A DNA stretch of 64,000 nt from Thermodesulfobacteriota bacterium (GTDB lineage: Bacteria > Desulfobacterota > Desulfobulbia > Desulfobulbales > SURF-16). Every line of letters begins with the position of its first letter. Positions within the stretch are counted from its first letter, which is position 1. The stretch is taken from positions 1-64,000 of the forward strand of contig JBFMAY010000012.1 of assembly GCA_040755455.1 (NCBI GenBank). Reading direction: 5' to 3'. Under the pieces are notes generated by a model that was not told the DNA's origin, did no database searches, and saw only the letters and a list, made by a program, of their open reading frames with translations. Positions 19,800 to 29,967 of this stretch are shown here, in pieces. The position numbers were made by a program, and so were the translations under genes.

Positions 19800-22550
19800 A
19801 TGCCAGAAAATCTGCTTGAGCGCACCTTCTCCCTGGACAGTCTGCCCACCCTGCCATCGGTGGCAATGGAGGCCATCCGCCTCATGGAGGGTGAAAGTTC
19901 CACCTTTGACTCCATCGCCGACCTGCTGAAAAACGACCAGGTGCTCACCGGCAAAATTGTCCACTACGCCAACTCGGCCCATGTGGGCGCCCGGCGGGAG
20001 ATAGCCACCATTCCCCAGGCCATTTCAGCGGCCGGCTTCAATGCCGTGCGCAGCATTATCCTCTCGGTATCCATTTTTGACACCTTTTCGGCAAAAGTCA
20101 TCCCGCACCAGACCAAGCTCGTTAATTTCTGGCTGCACTCCATCGGTGTAGCCGCCACCGCCGAGGCCCTGGCCCGGCATCTTGCTTTCCCTGCCCCGGA
20201 CCAGGCCTATCTCGGCGGGCTTACCCACGACCTGGGCAAACTGGTCTTTTTCCAGCAGTTTCCCGACAGATTCAACCAGATCTGCCAGGAACTCGCGGGT
20301 AATCCTCCCCGCGGCAGCAAAAGTGAATTGCTGCCTCTCGACGTGGAGCAGGCCATTGCCGGGTTCAACCATGTTGATGTGGGGAAAATCATTGGCGAAC
20401 GCTACGATTTCCCCGAGATTTTAACCAGATCAATGTGGCTGCACCACCAGCCGGTGATCGAGCCCATCAGGCCGGACCTGGACCATCTCCCCCAGCTCAT
20501 CCGTTTTGCCGACGTGCTGTGCGTCACCCATAACGTGGGCTCAAGCTACTTCCTCGCCGAAACGCCGGTCTGCCATGACCACTTCCACTATGCCCTGGAA
20601 AACCTGGTTCGCCTGCATAATCTCACGGCGGACGATATCAACAACATCATGGCCGATGTCCATCTGCGGGTGGCCGAGGTGTGCAAAATTCTCGGGTTCT
20701 GGAATGAGGAAGATTATCAGAAGCTGTTGCGCTCGGCCAATGTCAGCCTCGGCAAAATGAGCTTACAGCTTGATGAAGGCAACCAGCTGCTGCTGGCAAC
20801 CAATCAGGTCCTTACCGCCACCTGCGACATGCACCGCAAGCTCCATTCCAGCCTTACCCTGGTGGAGGCCGCCGAGGTGGTGGCCGGTTCGGTATGCCGG
20901 GCCTTTGACGTGCAACGCTGCCTCTGCCTGATCCGCGACCCGGTGGCCCAGCGTTTTGTCGGTTCGCTGGCCGACCAGCAGGTTTTCCATGACATCGAGC
21001 TGCCCAGCCGGTTGGCCGATATGGAGAACAGACGGAATTACGCTACCAACGATATCGAGGTGGAAGCGGCAAACAGGCTTGAACAGGCGACCCATGACCT
21101 GCTGCATGGCAGAATCGCCGAGTCGCCCATGTTCAGCATCATGACCGGCTCCAAGTTTCTGGCCACCTTTTTCATGGCCGACAGGCATTCCCGCTGGCGC
21201 AAGGAGCAGCTGCTGGGCCAGCTGGTGGTGGATTTCAGCAGCGGACCGGATTTCATACGTAACGGTTTCGCCGCCCTGCAGAAAAACTTCGACGCCATGG
21301 CCGCGGCCGCCGGCGTCGCCATTGAACGCTTGCTCCTGCAACAGGATGTGGCCCGGCAGGCGCGGAAGCTGACCGAAACATCCCGCAAAATGGAAGAAAA
21401 CCAGCGGCAGCTCTTTTTATCCCATCGCCTGGCCACGGTGGGCAGACTCGCCGCCGGCGCGGCCCATGAGATCAATAATCCCCTCACCATCATTTCGCTG
21501 AACCTGCAGATCCTCAAACGGCTGATCAAACAGCTGCCCGATAACGGAACCCTGATGGAAAGGCTGCAGATCATCGCGGAACAGGAAACCCGTATTTCCA
21601 ATGTCATTCAGGATCTGATGGGATTTGCCAAGCCCACCGAACCGAAATTCTGCCCGTCGGACATTGCGGAAATCGTGGCCAAGGCGCTGAGTCTTACAAA
21701 AAGCAGGGAACCCATCGCCCATATCCGCATCGACAATCAGCTCCCGAAAAACCTGCCCCAGGCAATGGTTGACCCCCAGCAGATCGAGCAGGTTTTTTTG
21801 AATCTTTTCATGAATTCCTGCCAGGCCATGCCCCAGGGCGGCACGTTGACCATTACCCAGGTCACCGGCGATGACTTCATCGAGATTGCCGTGGCCGATA
21901 CCGGCACAGGGATCGCCAAAAAGGATCTGCATAAAATCTTTGATCCCTTTTTCACCACCAAACTGGAAGGGGAAGGCACGGGCCTGGGCCTGGCCGTCTG
22001 CCACGCCATTGTGGAACATAATCTGGGCACCCTGCGGGCGGATAGCGCGGAAGGACAGGGGACAACCTTCCTCGTCCGCCTGCCCCACGACAAGAGCGGC
22101 CGGCTGCGCCAGATGAAAACCATCCTGAAAACCAAGAAAAAACAGGATGCGGCCAAAGAGGCGCCGGACAAATGCCGGATTCTGGTGGTGGATGACGAAC
22201 GAATCTTGAACGAAATACTGCAGGAAACCCTGAGGTCGGCGGGGTTTGCCGTTGACGGGGCCTTTGACGGGGTTGAAGGGCTGGAAAAACTCCGCCACGG
22301 CAAATACCATGTGGTGCTGCTTGACATCCGCATGCCGAGAAAGGATGGGCTGGAGGTGCTGGCATTCATCAAAAAGGAATACCCGGAAGTGCAGGTCATC
22401 ATCATAACCGGACTGGCCTCCTTGGACGAGATCAAGGAAACCGTGAAAAAAGGCGCCTTTGCCTGCCTGAAGAAGCCGTTCATGCTGGACAAGGTGCTTG
22501 ATACCATTGAACGGGCGGTCAAGGACCAGCATTGTAAGATTTCCTCCTGA
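19800..22550 (+). CDS. Cytoplasmic hybrid histidine kinase: HDOD + HisKA/HATPase + receiver
   Basis: LPTLPSVA, FWLHS, HDLGK (HDOD); AHEINNPL, QVFLNLFMNS, DTGTGI, FFTTK, GTGLGL; C-terminal VVDDE..LDIRMP; no obvious TM; start set at MPENLL. Confidence 0.9.
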   Translation: MPENLLERTFSLDSLPTLPSVAMEAIRLMEGESSTFDSIADLLKNDQVLTGKIVHYANSAHVGARREIATIPQAISAAGFNAVRSIILSVSIFDTFSAKVIPHQTKLVNFWLHSIGVAATAEALARHLAFPAPDQAYLGGLTHDLGKLVFFQQFPDRFNQICQELAGNPPRGSKSELLPLDVEQAIAGFNHVDVGKIIGERYDFPEILTRSMWLHHQPVIEPIRPDLDHLPQLIRFADVLCVTHNVGSSYFLAETPVCHDHFHYALENLVRLHNLTADDINNIMADVHLRVAEVCKILGFWNEEDYQKLLRSANVSLGKMSLQLDEGNQLLLATNQVLTATCDMHRKLHSSLTLVEAAEVVAGSVCRAFDVQRCLCLIRDPVAQRFVGSLADQQVFHDIELPSRLADMENRRNYATNDIEVEAANRLEQATHDLLHGRIAESPMFSIMTGSKFLATFFMADRHSRWRKEQLLGQLVVDFSSGPDFIRNGFAALQKNFDAMAAAAGVAIERLLLQQDVARQARKLTETSRKMEENQRQLFLSHRLATVGRLAAGAAHEINNPLTIISLNLQILKRLIKQLPDNGTLMERLQIIAEQETRISNVIQDLMGFAKPTEPKFCPSDIAEIVAKALSLTKSREPIAHIRIDNQLPKNLPQAMVDPQQIEQVFLNLFMNSCQAMPQGGTLTITQVTGDDFIEIAVADTGTGIAKKDLHKIFDPFFTTKLEGEGTGLGLAVCHAIVEHNLGTLRADSAEGQGTTFLVRLPHDKSGRLRQMKTILKTKKKQDAAKEAPDKCRILVVDDERILNEILQETLRSAGFAVDGAFDGVEGLEKLRHGKYHVVLLDIRMPRKDGLEVLAFIKKEYPEVQVIIITGLASLDEIKETVKKGAFACLKKPFMLDKVLDTIERAVKDQHCKISS

Positions 22551-23608
22551 TGCCCGGCCAAATGCTGAACATAGAAGACGTTGTCCGCCTCACCGGGCTT
22601 GAAGAGAGCCTGATCCGTTTTTACGAGTCCGAATATCCCGCCGAACTGCCGAAAAAAATCCTGCTGGGCGGTGCCCTGTTTTTCGATCCGGAAAGCCCCG
22701 CCGCCTTTGCCGCAATCCACGCCAGGCAGCAGGCGGCGGTGGCCGGGCCGCAGAGCGCCCGCGAGCGCTTTGCCAGGGTGATTGCCGTCACCTCGGGCAA
22801 GGGCGGGGTGGGCAAAACCAATCTCGCCCTCAACCTGGCCATCGAGCTGCAGCGCCAGGGCAAAATGACCATTGTGCTGGACGCGGACATGGGCCTGGCC
22901 AACGTCCATCTGCTGGCCGGCCTGACCCCGCGCCACAGCCTGACCGATCTTCTGGCCGGCCGGGTCGAGTTGTCCGAGCTGGTCGAGGCGGGCCCGGAGG
23001 GCATCGGCATCATTGCCGGGGGCAGCGGCATCCTGGCCCTGGCGGACAGCAGAGCGCAGGACCGCAGCCTGATCATCGAAGCCCTGGTGCAGCTTGAAAG
23101 GGCGGCGGACATCATCCTGGTTGACACCGGGGCCGGCATGGGCCGCAGCGTGCGGGATTTCCTGCAGGCCGCCGACGAGATCCTCTTTGTCATCACCCCG
23201 GACATCACCTCGCTTACCGATGCCTACGGCCTGCTCAAGGCCCTGCATCAGGAAAACCTGCCCGGCCTGCCCATTCATCTGGTGGTCAACATGGTGCAGT
23301 CCCTGAAACAGGCGGCGGACGTCAGCCTGCGCTTTGCCTCCTGCGCCAGGGAATTCCTCGGCCGGGACATCTCCGACGCCGGCTATATCCTGAAAGATGC
23401 CACGGTGTCCCAGGCCACTGCCCGCCGTACGCCGCACAGCATCTACCGGCCCGACGCCCGGGCCAGCAAAAACACCCGCACCATTGCCGACAATCTGTTG
23501 AACAGGCAACCACAGCAGTCTGCCGGCAGCTCCGCCTTTGCCCGCTATCTCAATCTCATCAAAAACGGGCAGGAGCAGCTGCCGCTCTCCCGGAGGAAAA
23601 CCGCATGA
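22550..23608 (+). CDS. MerR-like HTH fused to MinD/FlhG(FleN)-type ATPase
   Basis: N-terminal LNIEDVVRLTGLEESLIRFYE; VIAVTSGKGGVGKTN, DADMGLANV, DTGAG, TPDITSLTDAY; TGATG overlap with the kinase. Confidence 0.85.
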   Translation: MPGQMLNIEDVVRLTGLEESLIRFYESEYPAELPKKILLGGALFFDPESPAAFAAIHARQQAAVAGPQSARERFARVIAVTSGKGGVGKTNLALNLAIELQRQGKMTIVLDADMGLANVHLLAGLTPRHSLTDLLAGRVELSELVEAGPEGIGIIAGGSGILALADSRAQDRSLIIEALVQLERAADIILVDTGAGMGRSVRDFLQAADEILFVITPDITSLTDAYGLLKALHQENLPGLPIHLVVNMVQSLKQAADVSLRFASCAREFLGRDISDAGYILKDATVSQATARRTPHSIYRPDARASKNTRTIADNLLNRQPQQSAGSSAFARYLNLIKNGQEQLPLSRRKTA

Positions 23609-24465
23609 GTCACGTAGGCTGGCCGGAAACCTTCGGGCTCAGACAGAATCCCTTTAAGGATACCCTGGATACGGAGCTCTTTTACCGCACCAGGCAGCAT
23701 GAAGAGGCCCTGGTGAAGATCCGCATCGCCATCGACGACTGCCATGCCCTGATCCTGCTCACCGGCCAGTCCGGCACCGGCAAGACCCTGCTTTCCCAGC
23801 TGGTCATCCGCAGTCTGGACCAGCGCCGTTTTGTTCCGGTTTTTGTGCCGGTCTACCCCGGCATGGGCCAGGGTATGCTGCTGGCCCAGATTCTTGCTGA
23901 GACCGACCGGCCCAACGCCTGCCGCTTCACCCATGAGCGGTTGAACCTGCTGCAGGAGGCGGCTCTTGCCCTGCACGCCGCTGGCCAGCGGCTGGTGATC
24001 ATCATCGATGAGGCGCATTTCCTCAAAGCCGATGCCCTGCACATCCTGCGCACCCTGTCCAATCTGGAGACCGAACACGAAAAACTGGTGACCGTGCTGC
24101 TCATCGCCGAAAACAGCCTGGCCCGCCGGCTGAGCAGCCCGTCCTACGCCTCGCTGCGGGGCCGCATCACCTTTGCCGTGCATCTTGCTCCCCTGACCCG
24201 GGCCGAAACCGAACAGTTCATCAAATACCGGCTGCTCAAATGCGGCGGCCCGCCCCAGCTGCTCACCGACGACGGCTATGACGCGGTCCACCGCATGAGC
24301 GCCGGCATCCCCCGGGAGATCAACCGCCTGCTCTATAACGGCTTTCTCGAGGCCTTGAGCCGCAACCAGCAGATCATAAGCGGCGCGCTCATCGAGACCG
24401 CCGGCCACAAACTCGGAATACCCCATGGGCAAACTCAGCAAACTGCGGCTCAAGCAACCGAGTAA
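23605..24465 (+). CDS. ExeA/GspA-like AAA ATPase (no peptidoglycan-binding domain)
   Basis: FGLRQNPF, GQSGTGKT, IIIDEAH, SLRGRI, GIPREINRL; ATGA overlap. Confidence 0.88.
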   Translation: MSHVGWPETFGLRQNPFKDTLDTELFYRTRQHEEALVKIRIAIDDCHALILLTGQSGTGKTLLSQLVIRSLDQRRFVPVFVPVYPGMGQGMLLAQILAETDRPNACRFTHERLNLLQEAALALHAAGQRLVIIIDEAHFLKADALHILRTLSNLETEHEKLVTVLLIAENSLARRLSSPSYASLRGRITFAVHLAPLTRAETEQFIKYRLLKCGGPPQLLTDDGYDAVHRMSAGIPREINRLLYNGFLEALSRNQQIISGALIETAGHKLGIPHGQTQQTAAQATE

Positions 24466-24817
24466 GGATAGAAAAGACCAGGAGGGGGTGGGTGAGGCGG
24501 AACTCGCCGTGCTGAGCGGGGGAGTGTTGCCTGGGAATGGGGGAAATGGTGGGAGGCAGGTGGAAGGCAAGGATGGCACCCATGGCCCTTCGGTTTCCCG
24601 TAGAAGACGAAAGGGCGGGAAATAACTCAGGGTGGTTGCTGCAAGTTTTATTTCCGGACAGGAAACATCTCCGCAGGCACTTTTCCTGCCGCTTGTTCCC
24701 CTGTAATCGTTTACATTACCCTTGCCAGAACCCCATAAACGCTTCACTTTATGATGCGATTACAAGGTGTATTCGCTTCGCGGTCAACCTTATATTACTG
24801 CCTGACTCCACGCCCCT

Positions 24818-26092
24818 TCAGCCGTTTTCACCACCACTGCCCCCTGCCCCGCCCTGGATTCTTCTAATCAATCCATAGGGTTGCCACGATATTTCCGGGC
24901 TGGTGGCAAGCAGCACCCGGCTGCCTGAATTGGCCTGTTCCAGCGGCCGGCCGGCCGGTTCCGTCACCGCCAGCAGCTCAAAGGGCACATTATCTAACCC
25001 GACCGCCATGTATTCCAGCCGTTCGCCGGGCCTGATCCGGTTGCGCACCGCAACCAGGGGCCGGGCGCCCGGCTCCAGCACAATCCCGGCCGGCACATAG
25101 GTCTGATCCACCACCGCCCCGGTGTAGCACATGTCATCCTCCTGCGGCGCGCCGTCAAAAAAATTCTCCGTATAGCCGCGGGTGCCGAGCTTGGCGATCT
25201 CCTCCATAAAGACCTGCGGCATGACCACCGGCGCTCCGGGTGCATCCTCCAAACAGCGATAAACATGATCCAGGGCCGCCCGGTAAATGCGGACGATGCC
25301 ACCGGCGTAATAGATGCCTTTCATGCGGCCCTCGATCTTGATGGAATCCACCCCGGCCGCGACGATTTCCGGCAATCGGTTGATCAGGCAGAGGTCCTTG
25401 CTGTTGAAGATATAGGTGCCGCGGCCATCCTCCTCCACCGGGAAAAACTGGCCCGGTCTTTTTTCCTCCTGCAGACGGTAATCATAGCGGCAGGGATGGG
25501 CGCAATTGCCCTGATTGGCATCCCGGCCGGTGAGGTAGAGACTCAGCAGGCAGCGACCGGAATAAGAAATGCACAACGCGCCGTGGACAAAGATCTCGAT
25601 CTTGGCCGAGATGCCTTTCCTGATCTCGCTGATCTCGGCCAGGGTCAGCTCCCGGGCGAGATTGAGCCGGGAAACGCCCAGTTCCTGCCAGAAACGGGCG
25701 CTTTCCACATTGGTCACATTGGCCTGGGTGGAGAGATGGATGGACATGTTCGGCACCACCTCCTTTGCCACCCGCAGCACGCCGGGATCAGAGATGATCA
25801 GCCCGTCCACGCCGATCTCGGCAAGCCGCGCAAGATAAGCGGGCAATCCTCCCAAATCCCGGTTATGGGCAAAGATGTTGACCGTGACAAAAACCCGGAC
25901 CTGCCGGGCATGGGCAAAAACCACGGCCTCCTGCAGGTCGTCCTCGGAAAAATTAGTGGCATGGGCCCGGAGGCTGAACTCCTTGCCCCCCAGGTACACG
26001 GCATCGGCCCCGTAATGGATGACCGTCCGGAGTTTCTCAAGACTGCCGGCCGGGGCCAGCAGCTCGCAGCGGGGCCTGTTATTGTTATCCAT
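24818..26092 (-). CDS. Peptidase U32 family protein (TrhP-like tRNA hydroxylation protein)
   Basis: ELLAPAG, GADAVYLG, HLSTQAN, FVHGALCISYSGRC, NQGNCAHPCR, KIEGRMK; start could be GTG at 26104. Confidence 0.88.
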   Translation of the reverse strand: MDNNNRPRCELLAPAGSLEKLRTVIHYGADAVYLGGKEFSLRAHATNFSEDDLQEAVVFAHARQVRVFVTVNIFAHNRDLGGLPAYLARLAEIGVDGLIISDPGVLRVAKEVVPNMSIHLSTQANVTNVESARFWQELGVSRLNLARELTLAEISEIRKGISAKIEIFVHGALCISYSGRCLLSLYLTGRDANQGNCAHPCRYDYRLQEEKRPGQFFPVEEDGRGTYIFNSKDLCLINRLPEIVAAGVDSIKIEGRMKGIYYAGGIVRIYRAALDHVYRCLEDAPGAPVVMPQVFMEEIAKLGTRGYTENFFDGAPQEDDMCYTGAVVDQTYVPAGIVLEPGARPLVAVRNRIRPGERLEYMAVGLDNVPFELLAVTEPAGRPLEQANSGSRVLLATSPEISWQPYGLIRRIQGGAGGSGGENG

Positions 26093-26249
26093 GAATAAGT
26101 TCACGATTATCTTTGGTCCGGTTTATTGCAAAAGGGAAGAGGCCGGTAAATGCACCGGATCAGCTAAAAAAATGTTGACTGCTTCAAGCCTAAACTGGTT
26201 GAATGGAGTCTTTTGCGGTCCAGATTAACCTTTTTCTTCTGATGCTTCA

Positions 26250-27275
26250 ATGGCTGAAAAAATTGCCGTGGCCATGAGCGGCGGGGTCGACAGCACGGTA
26301 TGCGCTGCACTGCTTGAGAAAAACCATGAAGTCCACGGGTTTTTCATGAACCTTGGCCTGCCTGACCATGAGGAACAGATCGCCAGGGTCGGCAGGGTGG
26401 CCGAGCGGCTTGCCATCGGCCTGGAGGTTATCGAGCTGGCCGATATTTTCCAAAAAGAAATCATTAATTATTTCTGTCAGAGCTATGCGGCGGGCATCAC
26501 GCCGAATCCCTGCGTGCTCTGTAATCCCCGCATCAAGTTCGGCAGACTGCTCGAGGCGGTGCGGGCCCGGGGCATCGACCGGATGGCCACCGGCCATTAT
26601 GTGCGCGTAAGCGATGACGGTCTGCATCTGCTGAAAGGCCTGGACCGAGGCAAGGACCAGTCCTATTTTCTCTGCGGCCTCAGCCGGGCGCAGCTCAAAC
26701 ACCTGGTTTTCCCCCTGGGCGAACTGACCAAGGATGAGGTATACCAAATAGCCAGCGGCCTTGGTTTTGACCACCGGCCGGACACGGAAAGCCAGGATGT
26801 CTGTTTTTTAAAAAACATGGGCCCCGGCGATCTGCTGAAAAGAAAGACAGACGACGCAAAAGGTGATATTGTCACGCAAAACGGGGAAAAAATCGGCAGT
26901 CATGGGGGGGTTTTTCACTATACCGTCGGCCAGCGCCGGGGGCTGGGCGTCTGCGACAGCACCCCCTACTATGTCACCGGCCTTGATGCCGCGAAAAAGC
27001 AGGTCATCGTGGGCAAAGAGGCGGATCTATGGCACAATGAGCTGCGGGTGCGGGACGTCAACTGGATCGCCGGCGCGGCCCCCCAGCTGCCCGTGCGCCT
27101 GGCGGTAAAGATCCGCTACCGGCATCAGGCGGCCCCGGCGGAGATTTGCGAGGAAGGTGATCTGCTCCGGGTCATTTTCGCGCAACCCCAGCGGGCCATC
27201 ACCCCCGGACAGTTTGCCGTCTTTTATGAGAATGATGAGGTCATCGGCGGCGGAGAGATTGCAGGCAAAGCATGA
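26250..27275 (+). CDS. mnmA: tRNA 2-thiouridine(34) synthase
   Basis: AMSGGVDS, TPNPCVLCN, ATGHY, KDQSYFL, ESQDVCF, TPGQFAVFY. Confidence 0.96.
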   Translation: MAEKIAVAMSGGVDSTVCAALLEKNHEVHGFFMNLGLPDHEEQIARVGRVAERLAIGLEVIELADIFQKEIINYFCQSYAAGITPNPCVLCNPRIKFGRLLEAVRARGIDRMATGHYVRVSDDGLHLLKGLDRGKDQSYFLCGLSRAQLKHLVFPLGELTKDEVYQIASGLGFDHRPDTESQDVCFLKNMGPGDLLKRKTDDAKGDIVTQNGEKIGSHGGVFHYTVGQRRGLGVCDSTPYYVTGLDAAKKQVIVGKEADLWHNELRVRDVNWIAGAAPQLPVRLAVKIRYRHQAAPAEICEEGDLLRVIFAQPQRAITPGQFAVFYENDEVIGGGEIAGKA

Positions 27276-28594
27276 CAGCAAAAAAGAAGCCCATAAAGGT
27301 GGCCATCACCACCCTGGGATGCAAGGTCAACCAGTTTGAGTCGGCCTCCTTTCTCACAGGCCTTACGGAGCGGGGTGCGGAAATCGTGCCCTTTTCACAT
27401 AAGGCGGACGTCTATATCATTAATACCTGCGCCGTGACCGGCAAGGCCGGGGCCCAGTCCCGGCAGATGATCAGAAGGGCGCTGAAGACCAACAGCAAGG
27501 CCCGGCTGATCGTCACCGGCTGCTATGCCCAGGTGGCCACCCAGAAGGTGCTGGAGATCGGCGACTGGTCCGTCTGCATTGTCGGCAACGGCTACAAACA
27601 CCGGCTGGTGGACATCGCCCTGGCGGAAAAGCACTGCGACCTGGAGATGCACATGGGGGATATCGGCAGCCAAAAAGCGATCTGCCCCCTGCCCGTCCGC
27701 CGTTTCCCGGACGACCGCACCCGGGCCTTTCTGAAAATCCAGGATGGCTGCAACAGCTTCTGCTCCTACTGCATCGTGCCCTATGCCAGGGGCCGCAGCC
27801 GCAGCCTGCCGGTTGACGCTGCCCTGGAGCAGATAAGGGTCTTTGCCGCCAATGGCTATAAGGAAATCGTGCTGACCGGCATCCATGTGGGCATGTATGG
27901 CCTTGACCTCGGGCCGCAGACCCGCCTGCTTGACTTGATCGAGCTGGCCACGGCAGGCTTTCCGGCCATCCGTTTCCGGCTCAGTTCGCTGGAGCCCGGC
28001 GAGGTGCAGGAGGAAATTCTCGCTCTCATGGCCGCCCGGCCGAACTTCATGCCCCATCTGCATATCCCCCTGCAGAGCGGGGATGACCGGATACTAAGAG
28101 AGATGAACCGCCGCTACCGGGCCGATGATTTTGCCCGACTGATCGGCCGGATCCGGGAGAAAATCCCCCATGCCGCCATCGGGGTGGATGTGCTGGCCGG
28201 TTTTCCCAATGAGGACGAGGCGGCCTTTGCCAATACGCACTCGCTGCTTGAGGGCCTGCCCGTGACCTACCTCCATGTCTTTCCTTACTCGAAAAGGCCG
28301 GGGACCATTGCGGCGGGCCTGGCCAACCAGATTACCGGCCCCATTAAAGATGAAAGGGTGGCGCGCCTGCGCCTGCTCAGCGAGCAGAAAAAAACAGCAT
28401 TTTACCAACAGCATCTCGGTTCAACCCTGCGGGTGCTGGCGGAAAACAAGAACAACCGTTACCGGCTCATGCGGGGTTTTACGGAAAATTATATCCCCGT
28501 TCTCTTCCCGGCACAGGAGAATATGAGCAACCAGATTGTTGACGTCTTCCTTGACCGGTTGGAAGATGGCATAGTATTCGGGCGGACAGTATGA
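27272..28594 (+). CDS. mtaB: tRNA t6A37 methylthiotransferase
   Basis: TLGCKVNQFES, INTCAVT, TGCYAQ, KIQDGCNSFCSYCIVP, LHVFPYSKRPGT. Confidence 0.92.
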   Translation: MTAKKKPIKVAITTLGCKVNQFESASFLTGLTERGAEIVPFSHKADVYIINTCAVTGKAGAQSRQMIRRALKTNSKARLIVTGCYAQVATQKVLEIGDWSVCIVGNGYKHRLVDIALAEKHCDLEMHMGDIGSQKAICPLPVRRFPDDRTRAFLKIQDGCNSFCSYCIVPYARGRSRSLPVDAALEQIRVFAANGYKEIVLTGIHVGMYGLDLGPQTRLLDLIELATAGFPAIRFRLSSLEPGEVQEEILALMAARPNFMPHLHIPLQSGDDRILREMNRRYRADDFARLIGRIREKIPHAAIGVDVLAGFPNEDEAAFANTHSLLEGLPVTYLHVFPYSKRPGTIAAGLANQITGPIKDERVARLRLLSEQKKTAFYQQHLGSTLRVLAENKNNRYRLMRGFTENYIPVLFPAQENMSNQIVDVFLDRLEDGIVFGRTV

Positions 28595-29844
28595 TCGGAG
28601 AAATAATAGCAATCGGCAATGAACTGACTTCCGGCAGGATTCTCAACTCAACCAGCTATTTCGCGGCCAGCCATCTCTATGCCGCCGGCCACGAAATAGC
28701 CGCCATGGCCACCATCGGCGACGAGCCGCAGATGATCGGCAAGGCCCTGCGTGAAAGCATCGAACGGGCGGATTTTGTCGTGGTCACCGGCGGGCTCGGC
28801 CCCACCAGTGACGACATGACCAATGCCGCGGTGGCCGACGCCTTGAACCGGCCCACCATCCTCTACCCGGAAATTTTCGATAAAATCAAACAGTCGCAAT
28901 CATTCAAGGAGATGCCCTCCCTGGAGAAACTGGCCTGGCTGCCGTCAGGCGCGGAAATCCTCAAACCGGGGGACAAGATCGCCGGCTACATGCTGGTCTA
29001 CCATGAAAAACCGATCTTCTTCCTGCCCGGCGTTCCCCATCAGATGCGGGAACTGATGCTGGACCGAGTCATTCCCCGGCTGGCCAACTGGGGCGGCAAC
29101 AACGTCTCCCTGGTGAGGCAGAAGGTGTTCAAGGTTTTCGGTCTGCCCGAGCCGATGCTGCAGGAAATGCTGGCCGACCTGGAAAAAAGCAACCAGCAAC
29201 TGCGCATCGGCTACTATCCCATTGCGGCCGAGGTGCATATCAGCCTGACGGTGCGCGGCAAGACCCACGAAGAAACCGAGGCCCAGTTCAGCCAGGGGGA
29301 ATCCGCCATCAGAAACATTCTCGGCTGCTGCATTTACACCGATAACGGCGACACCCTGGAGGCAATTGTCGGCAGAGGCCTGAAAGAGCGGCATATGACT
29401 CTGGCCCTGGCGGAATCCTGCACAGGCGGGCTGCTGGCCCACCATGTCACCCTCATTGCCGGCAGCTCCGATTATTTTCTCGGCGGTATCGTCGCCTATG
29501 CCGACCGGGTCAAGGAAGAGATCCTGCACGTCAGAACGGATACCCTGGAAAAATTCGGCGCCGTCAGCCGGGAGACAGCCGGGGAAATGGCGGTGGGGGT
29601 GAAAAAAATCACCGGCGCCGGCCTGGCGCTCGCCATAACCGGCATTGCCGGCCCGGGCGGCGGTTCGCCGAAAAAACCGGTGGGCACGGTCTGCTTTGCC
29701 GTAGCCGGCCGGGACACGCCCCTCACCTTTCAGTTTCACTTCACCGGCAACAGAAATACGGTGCAGACCAAAGCGGCCATGACCGGGCTTGATCTTTTGC
29801 GCCGCCATCTGCATGGTCTTGACTTTATCGACAGCGGCTGGTAG
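28591..29844 (+). CDS. cinA: CinA competence/damage-inducible protein (NMN deamidase-related)
   Basis: IGNEL, TGGLGPTSDD, LPGVP, AESCTGG, GAVSRETA, ITGIAGPGGG; upstream of recA. Confidence 0.93.
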   Translation: MIGEIIAIGNELTSGRILNSTSYFAASHLYAAGHEIAAMATIGDEPQMIGKALRESIERADFVVVTGGLGPTSDDMTNAAVADALNRPTILYPEIFDKIKQSQSFKEMPSLEKLAWLPSGAEILKPGDKIAGYMLVYHEKPIFFLPGVPHQMRELMLDRVIPRLANWGGNNVSLVRQKVFKVFGLPEPMLQEMLADLEKSNQQLRIGYYPIAAEVHISLTVRGKTHEETEAQFSQGESAIRNILGCCIYTDNGDTLEAIVGRGLKERHMTLALAESCTGGLLAHHVTLIAGSSDYFLGGIVAYADRVKEEILHVRTDTLEKFGAVSRETAGEMAVGVKKITGAGLALAITGIAGPGGGSPKKPVGTVCFAVAGRDTPLTFQFHFTGNRNTVQTKAAMTGLDLLRRHLHGLDFIDSGW

Positions 29845-29967
29845 TGATGGAGGTTTGATAATGGCAAAACGATACTGAACTCTACCTAACTGTATTGCTG
29901 ATTGACGTTTGGTTTCCTTATCTCAAATTGATACCGGCCAAGCCGGTTTTAGGCAGGAGCATAGACA

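Noticed and set aside
21737..23509. 590-aa minus-strand ORF and other long antisense ORFs (e.g. 23545-24747, 29923-30906, 31573-32526)
   Set aside because: Shadow frames of well-supported GC-rich genes on the opposite strand; no recognisable motifs
29870..29900. LexA box upstream of recA
   Set aside because: Only a CTGAAC half-match to known deltaproteobacterial motifs; insufficient
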